Shown: in pieces, positions 8,336 through 18,160 of the stretch | How the letters are laid out: every line of letters starts with the position of its first letter | Numbering within the stretch: the first letter of the stretch is position 1 | Origin: Fibrobacteria bacterium | GTDB taxonomy: Bacteria; Fibrobacterota; Fibrobacteria; UBA11236 | Assembly: GCA_043745805.1 (NCBI GenBank) | Contig: JAYTSD010000045.1 | Coordinates: 80,505 to 144,504, forward strand | Reading direction: 5' to 3' | Length of the DNA: 64,000 nucleotides | Notes under the pieces: generated by a model | Told to the model about the DNA's origin: nothing | Database searches by the model: none | What the model saw: the letters and a program-made list of their open reading frames with translations, nothing else | Position numbers and translations under genes: made by a program

Positions 8336-10788
8336 TGCCTAAGGTTTCGGGATTCCTGAAGCAAAATCAATGTAGGTATCGATACCTGTCCCTAATTTTT
8401 TTGCTGGGAATATTATTAGGGAATGATCTTTATGCAGAAGAAGTTAATAGTAACCTCAATATTACCTTCAAAGCTAATTCAGATTCTTTAACGTTGGAGT
8501 TACCGGACGCGCGCGTAATAGCTAAAAAGAAAAACCAAACAGCGGAAAGTATTAAAAGCGATTTCGTGCGTAAAATCCCCAGCACCTTAAATGATCCTTT
8601 GCGAGTAATTGCTTTCACTCCTGGCGTTACGGTGCAAAATGATTTGAATGTGCGGCCATTTATTCGTGGCGGTGACGCGGAACAAACGGAAGTGGTGATG
8701 AATGGAATCGCTTTATTACAACCTTATCATGTAGGAGGCGTATTCTCAATTTTTAATTTAAGCACATTGGAGTCTGTTGAGTTATATCGTGACGATTTTC
8801 CTGTAGAATATCCCGGGGTATTATCCGGAGTTGTGAATTTGAAAAACAAAAATCCTTTCGAAAGTGAATCGCATGTTAATGCGAATATCTCCTTAGTTCG
8901 TGGCGATGCTTTTGCTGAATTACCCATTATTAAAAATCAATTGAGTGTGTATGGTGCGGCCCAAGCTTTTTTATTCAACCGTTCTTTGCGCGGCTTACTA
9001 AATGCAAGCTCAGCTGCTTCTAGCGATAGTACTTTTCAAGAAGATATACAGGGTTATCGCGAACATATTAATTTACCAGAATTTCAAGATTATCATTGGG
9101 GTGCCGCTTATGCAGTAAATGATAACTTGCATTTCCATTATAATGGAAACTTTTCTTTAGATGATTATGCTGTACTAATTCCTCGGCAGGCGAATATTTT
9201 ACATGGCTTATCACCCGGGCCTTCCAGCCCACCGTTGGTGCCAGAAAAGGAAATTAAACGTACACAAAAGCTTTCGGTAGACAGTGTGTCGGCGGTTAAT
9301 ATCAATAATCAAATGCATTTATGGAATATGAGTTGGGATATTAATTCCCAGCATTTTTTAGAAAATAATTTTGGCTTTCAATCGCAAAACTGGGATGTGG
9401 GTTTTAAAAAAGGTGCTGGTGTAACTGCCTACTCCAATAAGCCTTTGGCACTTTCTGAAGCTACGCGCATTTTTAATTATCAGCTCGTGGATCATTATAC
9501 ACTATCGGAAAGTAATCAATTAAAATGGGGACTAAGTTATGATTATAAACAACAAAAGTATAATGCTGAATTGCCTTATGTTCTTTATGATGTTGTAGTT
9601 AATAGTAATATCGATATGTTAGCGGATTTGGGAAGTTTTTCGCCTTCTGGTTTTACTATTGAAAAGGACGATAGCAGTAAATCTAATTTAGACTATTTGG
9701 GAGATTATCCGGCACGTATACGTTTTTCCCATTCCGGTGAATTAACCGATCATTTCGCTAGTTTGTTTTTTTCTCAAACCTTAAAAACCTCTTCGGGCTC
9801 TTTGTCTTATGGACTGCGAGGAGAATATCAAAATAGAACACAAGAGTTTTTCCCTGCGCCGCGCTTGTCTTATCGATGGAATGTAGATCCCAAAAATGAA
9901 TTGGTTTTTAATTCGGGACTTTATTCCCAAAATAATTTGCCTTATTATCAAAGAGATGAAAATAATAATTTGCAATCTGAAAAATCAGCCCAAGTGGGTT
10001 TACAATGGTCGCATGAATTTTCCAAAGGGTATCGCTTAGTAGTTGATAATTATTATAAATACTACTATGACTTGGTTTCCTCTAATTTAGTTCCCAATAA
10101 TACTATTGATTTGCAAAGCTTATTATTGCCGATGCCACGATCAAAGCTGTCCGCTAGCGAATTGCAGAATTTAAAAAGTGTCTTAGATACCACGAAAAAC
10201 TTTTCGGGACTTTCCGATTCAATTCAACAATTAGCGTATGCAAATTTTGGTGGGTTAAATTTTGCTTATAATAACAGTGGCAAAGGTAATAGTGTAGGGA
10301 CGGAGCTGGCTTTTTATTATGATCCCACAAATGTATGGAGTGGATGGGCTTCCGTTGATTTAAGTTTTTCTAATCGCCAAGATGTATCAGATCAACCTTA
10401 TTATGCGTTTGCCAATCATCGCCCTTTGATTTTGAATTGGGTCAATACTTTTACTATGCCTAGTAATTATAGTCTCAGCTTTACTTATCGGTGGGCTATG
10501 GGTCAATCATATACGCCTTATTCAGGCACTTCGGAAGATAAAAACTTACAGCCGATTATTGTGGGTGCGCGTAATGCCGGACGCTTGTCGCCGTATAGTC
10601 GCTTGGATATGCGCTTGGCGCATAATACGCATTGGCGCAATAGTAATTTTAAAGCTTATATTGAAATTTGGAATGCGATGAATAATCCAAATTATTTTGC
10701 ACGCGATAAGGAAACCGGCCAATTAAAATCTGCTCAACTTAATTGGCCTTTCCCTTTATTGTTTTTGGGCTTGAACTGGGAAATATGA
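8335..10788 (+). CDS. TonB-dependent outer-membrane receptor
   Basis: Plug-domain motifs (DPLRVIAFTPGVTV...IRGG...VVMNGIALLQPYHVGG) are followed by a long beta-barrel region. The start was chosen at the ATG overlapping the upstream stop; the ORF-track start at 8323 is in the same frame. Confidence 0.7.
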   Translation: MPKVSGFLKQNQCRYRYLSLIFLLGILLGNDLYAEEVNSNLNITFKANSDSLTLELPDARVIAKKKNQTAESIKSDFVRKIPSTLNDPLRVIAFTPGVTVQNDLNVRPFIRGGDAEQTEVVMNGIALLQPYHVGGVFSIFNLSTLESVELYRDDFPVEYPGVLSGVVNLKNKNPFESESHVNANISLVRGDAFAELPIIKNQLSVYGAAQAFLFNRSLRGLLNASSAASSDSTFQEDIQGYREHINLPEFQDYHWGAAYAVNDNLHFHYNGNFSLDDYAVLIPRQANILHGLSPGPSSPPLVPEKEIKRTQKLSVDSVSAVNINNQMHLWNMSWDINSQHFLENNFGFQSQNWDVGFKKGAGVTAYSNKPLALSEATRIFNYQLVDHYTLSESNQLKWGLSYDYKQQKYNAELPYVLYDVVVNSNIDMLADLGSFSPSGFTIEKDDSSKSNLDYLGDYPARIRFSHSGELTDHFASLFFSQTLKTSSGSLSYGLRGEYQNRTQEFFPAPRLSYRWNVDPKNELVFNSGLYSQNNLPYYQRDENNNLQSEKSAQVGLQWSHEFSKGYRLVVDNYYKYYYDLVSSNLVPNNTIDLQSLLLPMPRSKLSASELQNLKSVLDTTKNFSGLSDSIQQLAYANFGGLNFAYNNSGKGNSVGTELAFYYDPTNVWSGWASVDLSFSNRQDVSDQPYYAFANHRPLILNWVNTFTMPSNYSLSFTYRWAMGQSYTPYSGTSEDKNLQPIIVGARNAGRLSPYSRLDMRLAHNTHWRNSNFKAYIEIWNAMNNPNYFARDKETGQLKSAQLNWPFPLLFLGLNWEI

Positions 10789-11640
10789 CTCAAGATATTG
10801 TCCCGCTAGGGAATAGTGAATGCTCGGGGAATTAGCAGAGACATTAGATTTTTTTTCTACCGTCAATATATTTCCATGGCGTGCAATTTTATTTTGCGAC
10901 ACGGCAGCTTTGGTTGCGGCTTCGGGATGCGGATTCACGGAAGTAGTAAAATTATAATCCGTAGAGTAATACATATAATCCACATACATAAACATATCCT
11001 GTGTCGGCGCGACGCCACCCCAACCGGAAATATTACCACTCCAATGATTTAACATGATTTGACTATTCAAATTGGGAACATCTTTTTTTAAGGTGGCATA
11101 GGGCTTAGAGTCTACAAAATATTCTACTCTATCGGCATACCAATCAAAACGATATTCATGAAAGGCCAAGCTGGGATCGAAGTCCAAAGTTTTCTTTTGA
11201 TAATCCACATTTTCCACAATATGATGCAATGTAAAATGAATGTCTTTATTGTCCTTGGTTAAAAATTCAATATCAATTTCATTCAGTGGATTATCATTAT
11301 AAATAAACCATCCTACGACTGCGCCAACGGTGTGGGACGTTTTAATGGAGGCCCGATAAGAACCGTATTTAAAGTTATTACGCTTGGAAGCGATTTCTGC
11401 ACAAATAGGTTTTTGTCCGGGTTGTGAACCACTGAGTTTCAGTATTAAAATGCCATTTTCTACCGTAACATTTTGTGTTGCATGGGTACGATTAGTTCCT
11501 GTCCATGCGGATTTATCCCAAAAGGCATCGAGGTCTGCCATAGAATTAAAATCTTGTTTAATGGTTTCGCTTTGTCCCATGCCATAGAGTAGTAAAAAAA
11601 CTAATAGTATAGATAAATTTGAACCCTTATATGTTTTCAT
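10756..11640 (-). CDS. glycoside hydrolase family 16 (laminarinase/beta-glucanase-like), secreted
   Basis: Signal peptide plus the GH16 catalytic motif EIDIEF (E-x-D-x-x-E) in a beta-jelly-roll-sized protein of 294 aa. Confidence 0.75.
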   Translation of the reverse strand: MKTYKGSNLSILLVFLLLYGMGQSETIKQDFNSMADLDAFWDKSAWTGTNRTHATQNVTVENGILILKLSGSQPGQKPICAEIASKRNNFKYGSYRASIKTSHTVGAVVGWFIYNDNPLNEIDIEFLTKDNKDIHFTLHHIVENVDYQKKTLDFDPSLAFHEYRFDWYADRVEYFVDSKPYATLKKDVPNLNSQIMLNHWSGNISGWGGVAPTQDMFMYVDYMYYSTDYNFTTSVNPHPEAATKAAVSQNKIARHGNILTVEKKSNVSANSPSIHYSLAGQYLESYFPVQAQKQ

Positions 11641-11677
11641 GATAACCCCTTATTTTGTTTGAATGATTAATTGATTT

Positions 11678-12943
11678 TTACTTGATAAAGTTTTTTAGAG
11701 AAAGTCCTTCGAAATAAATATTGTCCAACCACAAAACTACAGTATCGCCAGCCTTGGATTCAGGTTTTTCTGCGGTAAAGTCAAGTGTTTGCATTTCAGA
11801 AGCAACTTGCTTCCATGTATAATTTTTCAATTCTGGCAGGGCATTTTTAGGAAGGCGTAGAGAGTCCACGGGGATGGTGAAATGAGTCCATTGTGTAGGC
11901 AAGGAGAGAGGATAATAAAATTGTGTGGAATCTTGAAAGAGACGACTAATAGTTTTACTCAAAAACTTCACATTAATGATACCTTTGCCTTTGGCCCAAA
12001 AGGAGAGGGCTCGCACATCAGTAAAATCATAAACATCGCCTTGTAACGCATTACCAATATTGAAACCCATGATAGACCAAGGGCTAGCAATTTTGTTACC
12101 TAAAATATATTCCGCACGCAAGCTAGATCCACTATACGCTTCACTATCCGAAATGTTTTCGATGCGAATAGAAGAATTACCATTTTCTTTAATATCGGTG
12201 ACGCTATACCATAATCCATTACCGATAATACGCCCGAAAGTGGTTTGTTTCCAACCTTGTTCAAAATCATCAATAGGGATATTGCTTATGGAAGCATGTA
12301 GGTTTACGCTATCATTTTTATTTCCCGCAGCAATGTTCAAGGATTGAGTGAGCGAAGGAATTACGATATTATGTAAGTTAACTTGAGCGATTAGTGAAAA
12401 TGTGCCAGCAGCTATATGAGAAAAGGCATAGGCTCCGTTTGAATTTACTTTGGTTTTGTAAGTAGTCCCCGCGATTTGTAATTCTTGTGCTACGCCTGAG
12501 TCCAAGGTGATAGATCCTGCGAGAGAGGCGAATGCAGCAAGTTTAAATTTTCGATTGGACATGATTTGATGGATATCTATTAAAGTATTTGCTTCGCGAA
12601 GCAACAAGCCCTCGGCCTGGCCGTCAATTTGCAGATTGCACCGTTTTGCGAATGGAATATTTATTGAAAAATGTCCGCTATCATCCGTGACTGCACTATC
12701 TAGAGTTACAGGTTTGCCGTCGGCGATATTAACAAGCCATTTAGTATCATCTATGAGTAATACTTTTACGCGTGCAGCTGGAGTACCATTGGAATGTGTG
12801 AGGCTAGCTTGTAAATCGCCGTTAGTGGTTTCGGAAGTCCCTCCCGCGATTGGTGAAATTTTGGAACAATCTATAAAATTTAATGTTACGGTAACCAAAA
12901 AAATGAAAACTAATCGTCTGGACTTTAAGTAAAATATTTTCAT
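11678..12943 (-). CDS. secreted lipoprotein with Ig-like/carboxypeptidase-regulatory-like repeats and a C-terminal carbohydrate-binding-module-like domain
   Basis: Signal peptide with FIDCS lipobox, a DSGHFSINIPF-type beta-sandwich segment and an aromatic-rich C-terminal domain ending ...VVLWLDNIYFE, which is CBM-like. There is a 4-nt overlap with the upstream regulator gene. Confidence 0.45.
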   Translation of the reverse strand: MKIFYLKSRRLVFIFLVTVTLNFIDCSKISPIAGGTSETTNGDLQASLTHSNGTPAARVKVLLIDDTKWLVNIADGKPVTLDSAVTDDSGHFSINIPFAKRCNLQIDGQAEGLLLREANTLIDIHQIMSNRKFKLAAFASLAGSITLDSGVAQELQIAGTTYKTKVNSNGAYAFSHIAAGTFSLIAQVNLHNIVIPSLTQSLNIAAGNKNDSVNLHASISNIPIDDFEQGWKQTTFGRIIGNGLWYSVTDIKENGNSSIRIENISDSEAYSGSSLRAEYILGNKIASPWSIMGFNIGNALQGDVYDFTDVRALSFWAKGKGIINVKFLSKTISRLFQDSTQFYYPLSLPTQWTHFTIPVDSLRLPKNALPELKNYTWKQVASEMQTLDFTAEKPESKAGDTVVLWLDNIYFEGLSLKNFIK

Positions 12944-13767
12944 TTTCCTTTTCCTCCAATTTTGGAAAGAGGAAAAAACTGAACATTGAGCTGATACGTT
13001 CTATCGGGATGGGTTGCGGCATTTACATAATTAATTAAAGTACCGCGAAACTCCTTTACCCTTTCGCGAATCTCAGTAAAATCATGCGCATTAATATTTA
13101 ATGTTACGGTAGAAACATCTCTTTGATTTTTAGGATGCCTTTGTATGGCTTCTTGGGAGAGGCGAATAGTTTCTTCTTGAAAGGCCTCGATAGCTAAGGA
13201 TTGCCATTGGGATCCCGAAGTAATAGCGGTATCGGTCATTTTATAAATACCAGCTTCATTTACCCTAACCAATCCCAGCTTACTGAGTAAAGCGATACCT
13301 GCTTTCGCTTCCTTTGGTGTAATGGGTGGATTAAGCACGGCAGCAAGCAATTTATAATCTCCTGTAAATTCATAATATTCTAAAACCGAACGTAGGGCAG
13401 AGTAATACCACTTTTGATAATAGGCGTATTGTTGAGCTACTAATTTTTGGGTATTGATATTTTTAATTGAAAGTAATTTTTCGAAATAGAGTTTGCTTTT
13501 TTTATGAGATTTTGATTTGCTAAAATGCACTAAGGTTTCAAAGTATTCCGCTTCTTTTTCTTTGAGCCCACAAAATACAGCAAATGCGGTAATGGATTCA
13601 TCGGCAATATGACGACTATGTAAAAATACCTTCGCTAAATAACTGGAATCTATTCCCACCTTATTCCCAAATAAACGATACGAAAAAAAGCTCTGGGCAT
13701 TTTTTTTCTCTTCGTAGAAATCTTTGAGATAAACTCGATAATCGAGGTATTCGAAAATGGATTTCAT
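12940..13767 (-). CDS. TIGR02147/DUF4423-like family protein (putative HTH regulator)
   Basis: The N-terminus MKSIFEYLDYRVYLKDFYEEKK...FSYR..., the approximately 275-aa length and the overall pattern match this conserved hypothetical family as I recall it. Confidence 0.5.
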   Translation of the reverse strand: MKSIFEYLDYRVYLKDFYEEKKNAQSFFSYRLFGNKVGIDSSYLAKVFLHSRHIADESITAFAVFCGLKEKEAEYFETLVHFSKSKSHKKSKLYFEKLLSIKNINTQKLVAQQYAYYQKWYYSALRSVLEYYEFTGDYKLLAAVLNPPITPKEAKAGIALLSKLGLVRVNEAGIYKMTDTAITSGSQWQSLAIEAFQEETIRLSQEAIQRHPKNQRDVSTVTLNINAHDFTEIRERVKEFRGTLINYVNAATHPDRTYQLNVQFFPLSKIGGKGK

Positions 13768-13980
13768 AAACCTATCCGTTTTAGTTATAGGCTAATATAC
13801 TTGCAGGACCCTAATGTGGCTGTGAATGTGAAATAAAAGTGGAAAAAAATTAGGATATAAATGTCCACAAAAATGTCAAAAAAACTTTAAAAAAAAGGTT
13901 TTAGTCCATTTTTTGGGAATATCTTATTGTTTAATATCCTGAGACACCGTGACTTTAGTCCAATAATATTTGCTTACGGC

Positions 13981-14016
13981 TAAAAAAATAAGGTAACCTA
14001 TTGGCTACCTTATTTT
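13981..14016 (-). terminator. rho-independent terminator downstream of the RCC1-repeat gene
   Basis: Hairpin AATAAGGTAACC/GGCTACCTTATT, followed on the minus strand by a U-run. Confidence 0.5.
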
Positions 14017-14084
14017 ATATTTTTTAAAATAGAAAAGGCTTATGGTAACTTATATGTTACGATACTAAAATTAGGTATTTGTAC

Positions 14085-16244
14085 TTACCAAATTTTCCCA
14101 GGCATAACTCCGGTGTTTCCGGCAGGTGCTGGATTTGACCCTTGACCTTCGGCAAAATATTCGCCATTGCCTGAAGAGTAACGTACACCATTATTTTTTA
14201 AAACCATGGATGTAAACGCGCATCCAGCCATACTACGTACAGGAGGATATTGAGTGAAAAGTGGGAAGTCCGATCCAAACGAATCGCCAGTGGGTATGTC
14301 TCCGCCACCGGATCCCCAACCCAAAATTACTCCTCCAGGTGTTGAAACCAAGTTGGAAAAACTGGTTGTTGTCACTAGATTGGCTTGACTTAAAAAGTAG
14401 GTCAAAAAATTTCCATACTGATAAAGATCACCATTGGCTTTTACCACAATACTGGTAGTTGCGCTACCTTCGATAGTCACCCAATCAGATTCTGTTCCAA
14501 CCTGCGTTGGAGTGGTTAGATCAACACCGCCACCACGACCCCAAGCCCAAAGTTTTCCATCTGAAGTAATGCCTAAACTTTGTTGTTGTCCTGTGGCAAT
14601 CGCGACCCATTTTTTGCCAAAGCCAATTAATATAGGAGTGGTGTGAGTATTAGTGGTTCCGTCTCCTAATTGATAGTTTCCATTTTCACCCCAGCCCCAC
14701 AATTCACCATTCGCTTTTAGGGCTAAAGTATGTCCGTAATTTGCATAAACCTTGCGCCAATTTAGATCATTATTCACTTTTACCGGAGTATAACTGAATG
14801 GAGCGGCAATACCCATTTCTCCAGCTGAATTAGTGCCCCAGGCCCATAAAGAGCCATCACTTTGAATTGCTAAACTCTGGCGTTCTCCGCCAGTTCCTTG
14901 CATCCAAGTATTTCCAGCCACATGTACAGCAGGCACATTATGGGTTTTCAAGGCATCGGTTGAACCCGTTCCTAATTGACCCGAAGTATTTGCGCCCCAC
15001 GATTCCAATTGTCCATTGCTACGGATGTCCATTGCTTGATAATCGGCACCGATAAGTACGCCGGGTTTCAAATTAGTAGCCCAAAGATCATTAGTAGATG
15101 TTTTCCAAGGGGTAACCTTGGTGTATTGTGGCGATGTAGTATTACCAATGCCTAATTGCCCAGAAGAATTGTTACCCCATGCCGATAAATTGCCATTGGA
15201 TTTAATGGCCAAGGTAAATCCTTTACCGGCTGAAATATATTGCCAATCATTATCCGTACCCAATTTATTAGGGGTTTTTTTCAAGATGGAACTATTTCCA
15301 AAACCTAAGGCACCGGAAAGATTACTGCCCCAAGCATACAAAGTTCCATTGGCTTTGATGCCCAAACTATGTTTGTCACCTGCACTAATAGCGCGCCAAA
15401 TTTCAGTGGAGATTTTAAAAGGTTTAGTTTGATTAACGGGTTGTTTATTGTCACCGACTTGTCCCGAATCATTAAGTCCCCAGCCCCACAAAGTGCCATC
15501 GTCTTTGATGGCAAGTACATGACTTCCACCGGCGGCAATGTCTATCCAATGATCTGTGCTGGGCCCGATAAGTGTTGGAATATTATAGGTACTATTGGTG
15601 TTACCTTGTCCAAGTTGAGAAAAATTGTTTTTACCCCAACTCCAAAGCGAACCATCCGCTTTCAAGGCAATAGTAAAGCCTTTACCCGCCGCAGCTTTTA
15701 TCCAGTTATTTTCAATTCCAACACGCGCAGGGAAGGATTTTGTTGCACCTGCATTGGCACCAAGTCCTAATTCTCCGTCGGCATTATTTCCCCACGCATA
15801 AAGGGCTCCATCGTATTGTATGGCTAAGGCATGATCAAATCCCGCAGTAACAAATCGCCACCAGTCACCATCCCCAATAGTTCCAGGAAAATTATGATCA
15901 AGATAACTTTGCCCTAATTGTCCTTTATTATTTTTCCCCCAACTCATTAAACCACCATAATCGGCTATGCCCACAGAAAAGGAGTCGCCCGCAGCCACTT
16001 GCACGAAAAAATTATAACCGGTATTTACAGGATTTAATCGTCGTGAATACGTGCCGTCACTGAGTTCTCCCGAAGCATTGCTGCCCCAAGAGTATAGGGA
16101 CCCATCGGGTTTAATAAGTAAAGTATGTGAAGAGCCTGCCGCCATAATGGGAAAGGGGCCGGGAAGCCTTGTATCGGCGGAAAGATTATGAATTAAAATA
16201 AGGGATAAAAATATATACCCAATTTTTCCAGCTTTTTTTTGCAT
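14085..16244 (-). CDS. RCC1/BLIP-II repeat (beta-propeller) secreted protein
   Basis: Signal peptide followed by more than 12 repeats of the ...W(G/A)xNxxGQLG... type (WGSNASGELSDG, WGKNNKGQLGQ, WGNNADGELGLG and others). Confidence 0.8.
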   Translation of the reverse strand: MQKKAGKIGYIFLSLILIHNLSADTRLPGPFPIMAAGSSHTLLIKPDGSLYSWGSNASGELSDGTYSRRLNPVNTGYNFFVQVAAGDSFSVGIADYGGLMSWGKNNKGQLGQSYLDHNFPGTIGDGDWWRFVTAGFDHALAIQYDGALYAWGNNADGELGLGANAGATKSFPARVGIENNWIKAAAGKGFTIALKADGSLWSWGKNNFSQLGQGNTNSTYNIPTLIGPSTDHWIDIAAGGSHVLAIKDDGTLWGWGLNDSGQVGDNKQPVNQTKPFKISTEIWRAISAGDKHSLGIKANGTLYAWGSNLSGALGFGNSSILKKTPNKLGTDNDWQYISAGKGFTLAIKSNGNLSAWGNNSSGQLGIGNTTSPQYTKVTPWKTSTNDLWATNLKPGVLIGADYQAMDIRSNGQLESWGANTSGQLGTGSTDALKTHNVPAVHVAGNTWMQGTGGERQSLAIQSDGSLWAWGTNSAGEMGIAAPFSYTPVKVNNDLNWRKVYANYGHTLALKANGELWGWGENGNYQLGDGTTNTHTTPILIGFGKKWVAIATGQQQSLGITSDGKLWAWGRGGGVDLTTPTQVGTESDWVTIEGSATTSIVVKANGDLYQYGNFLTYFLSQANLVTTTSFSNLVSTPGGVILGWGSGGGDIPTGDSFGSDFPLFTQYPPVRSMAGCAFTSMVLKNNGVRYSSGNGEYFAEGQGSNPAPAGNTGVMPGKIW

Positions 16245-16452
16245 GAAGGCTTTTCCTTTGTGAAGTGTTAAATCTTGTTTTGAAATGGATTTAGAACAAA
16301 TTCACAAGTTAGATGCATGCTTAATTCCTTTTGTCTCATTAAAAAAATAAGACTTATTTAATTTCGGTCGAATCAATTGTTCCCATGATTTTGTTTAGCT
16401 GAGGAAAAACGATAAGTATTTAGTAAGGGGGCTATTTTTTGGGGTTTTAACT

Positions 16453-17106
16453 CTACTTTGCAGTAGAATTTGCACTTAAATGTTGCAAAATTTGGGCGAG
16501 GTTAAATTGCCAGGAAATCCCTAGGAAGCTATCGCGAGTCCATTCATGGACTGGATAATCGTATAGTTGTAAATAATTAATTTCATAACGCGCATACAAA
16601 GCAAAAGCTTGCCATTGATAAAATATTTGGGGTCGCAGCGAGAAGGAAATTCCATTTTCATAAAAACGCGTCCATAGTGAAATATTACCACTATATTTTT
16701 TATATTCTGTAGTATAGGCCAAACTCCATAAGGGCTCGGCACTATTATCAATATGACCACGCACATCCCTGAGTAGGCGTATACGAATATCTAATCCAAG
16801 CCCTGAAGAAAAATAACCTTGAGCAATTTTTTCCGGATAGAAATATTCTGCAATAGGGGTAATATCATAGGCTGTTTTATTGATAAGAAAAAAAGTCCCA
16901 TAGGCGCGAAGTTGAGCATTTAACCTGATTGGGAGGTGCTTAAGACTAGGTGAATGGTAGATTAAATTACTCATTGCATAAGCGTATCGAGTTCTATAAC
17001 TTCCAATATCATAAAGGATTTCATGATGGGAAAGGTCTAATGCTTTGCTTTGTTGGGGACAGAAAAAAAACAAATTCACTAACACTATTTTCCACCAGGA
17101 ACTCAT
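16453..17106 (-). CDS. putative outer-membrane beta-barrel protein
   Basis: Signal-peptide-like N-terminus and an alternating aromatic/hydrophobic pattern. There is a 4-nt overlap with the upstream lipoprotein gene. Confidence 0.4.
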   Translation of the reverse strand: MSSWWKIVLVNLFFFCPQQSKALDLSHHEILYDIGSYRTRYAYAMSNLIYHSPSLKHLPIRLNAQLRAYGTFFLINKTAYDITPIAEYFYPEKIAQGYFSSGLGLDIRIRLLRDVRGHIDNSAEPLWSLAYTTEYKKYSGNISLWTRFYENGISFSLRPQIFYQWQAFALYARYEINYLQLYDYPVHEWTRDSFLGISWQFNLAQILQHLSANSTAK

Positions 17107-17951
17107 GGTGCAACTTCCAGATAGGATGACCCAATGCGTAATTCATCTAAATAAATAATATTAGTTTTTAGGGGATTGTTTTTCCCACGGTATTGACCGA
17201 ATTTGAAATAGTTGCCGCTACGATTATAAAGATTTCTTTGAAAATACTTATAATCTGTTCCGTTAAAAGTGGTAAAAAAACTCCCATTCAACCATGCTTC
17301 AATGTAGCCCGTTGCGTCGTCCACCCAGTAAATATGGCAAATAATATCCTGCCATTTTCCTTTTTCAATACGAACTTTATTACTAACGGTAAAAGTTGAA
17401 TTTGGAATTGGATTTGGAGTATCATTCATATTAATAACAATTTGACTATCCTCGTAGATTAATGCAATAGGAGGAGGCGAGCCATGTAAAGCTATTATAG
17501 GATCCCAGTTTTCACCTTGGCTATAATTGGGTAAGTCTTGCCACTGCGCGATAACATTATAGCCTCCCTCAGTATAACCGGTATCGATCATAAAGCTCCA
17601 AGCATAGTACACTTCGGTTTTGAAAAAGGCGCAATCGTAAACGGCTAATTCGGCACGATACCCATTGTTTATATAATCGTCGGGACGCAAAGTATTTTTT
17701 AAGGCAAATTTGCCATGGCGCACAGGCATATTCACTAAAATGGTATTTACCGATTGGTTGGGTATAAGGTAATGCCACCCGAGTAAATTTCCCGATTCGA
17801 AATCACCTCTGAAATGATTAAACGATTGGTTGGGTTCAGCGGTTGGTAATTTTCCACAGCCGTTTAAAAAGGCGCTAAAAATTAATATGAGAGTTATTTT
17901 TTTGAATACTAATATAGTCGATAGACGCAATAAATTAATTTTTGAAGTCAT
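17103..17951 (-). CDS. lipoprotein with polysaccharide-lyase-family-7 / alginate-lyase-2-like motifs
   Basis: Lipobox FLNGC. GYRAELAV, VIAQWQ and NYFKFGQYRG resemble the PL7 R-x-E-L-R, Q-I-H and YFKAGxY blocks. This is a fold-level guess. Confidence 0.4.
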   Translation of the reverse strand: MTSKINLLRLSTILVFKKITLILIFSAFLNGCGKLPTAEPNQSFNHFRGDFESGNLLGWHYLIPNQSVNTILVNMPVRHGKFALKNTLRPDDYINNGYRAELAVYDCAFFKTEVYYAWSFMIDTGYTEGGYNVIAQWQDLPNYSQGENWDPIIALHGSPPPIALIYEDSQIVINMNDTPNPIPNSTFTVSNKVRIEKGKWQDIICHIYWVDDATGYIEAWLNGSFFTTFNGTDYKYFQRNLYNRSGNYFKFGQYRGKNNPLKTNIIYLDELRIGSSYLEVAP

Positions 17952-18160
17952 ATTTTTTTAATTGAAAACTGCTTGATTCCCACAATAAATTACATTCCGC
18001 CTAAGTCTGGCTATTTGCCACTTAAACCTCTAAGTCAGCTTTTCGAAATATAACTGTTTTGAAGGTAAAATCGACTGTGTTTTTTTGCTTCATATTGGAA
18101 GCTTATTGAAGGTATAATCGATCGGATATTGTATTTGGGAGTAATAATGGAAAAAGCTTT

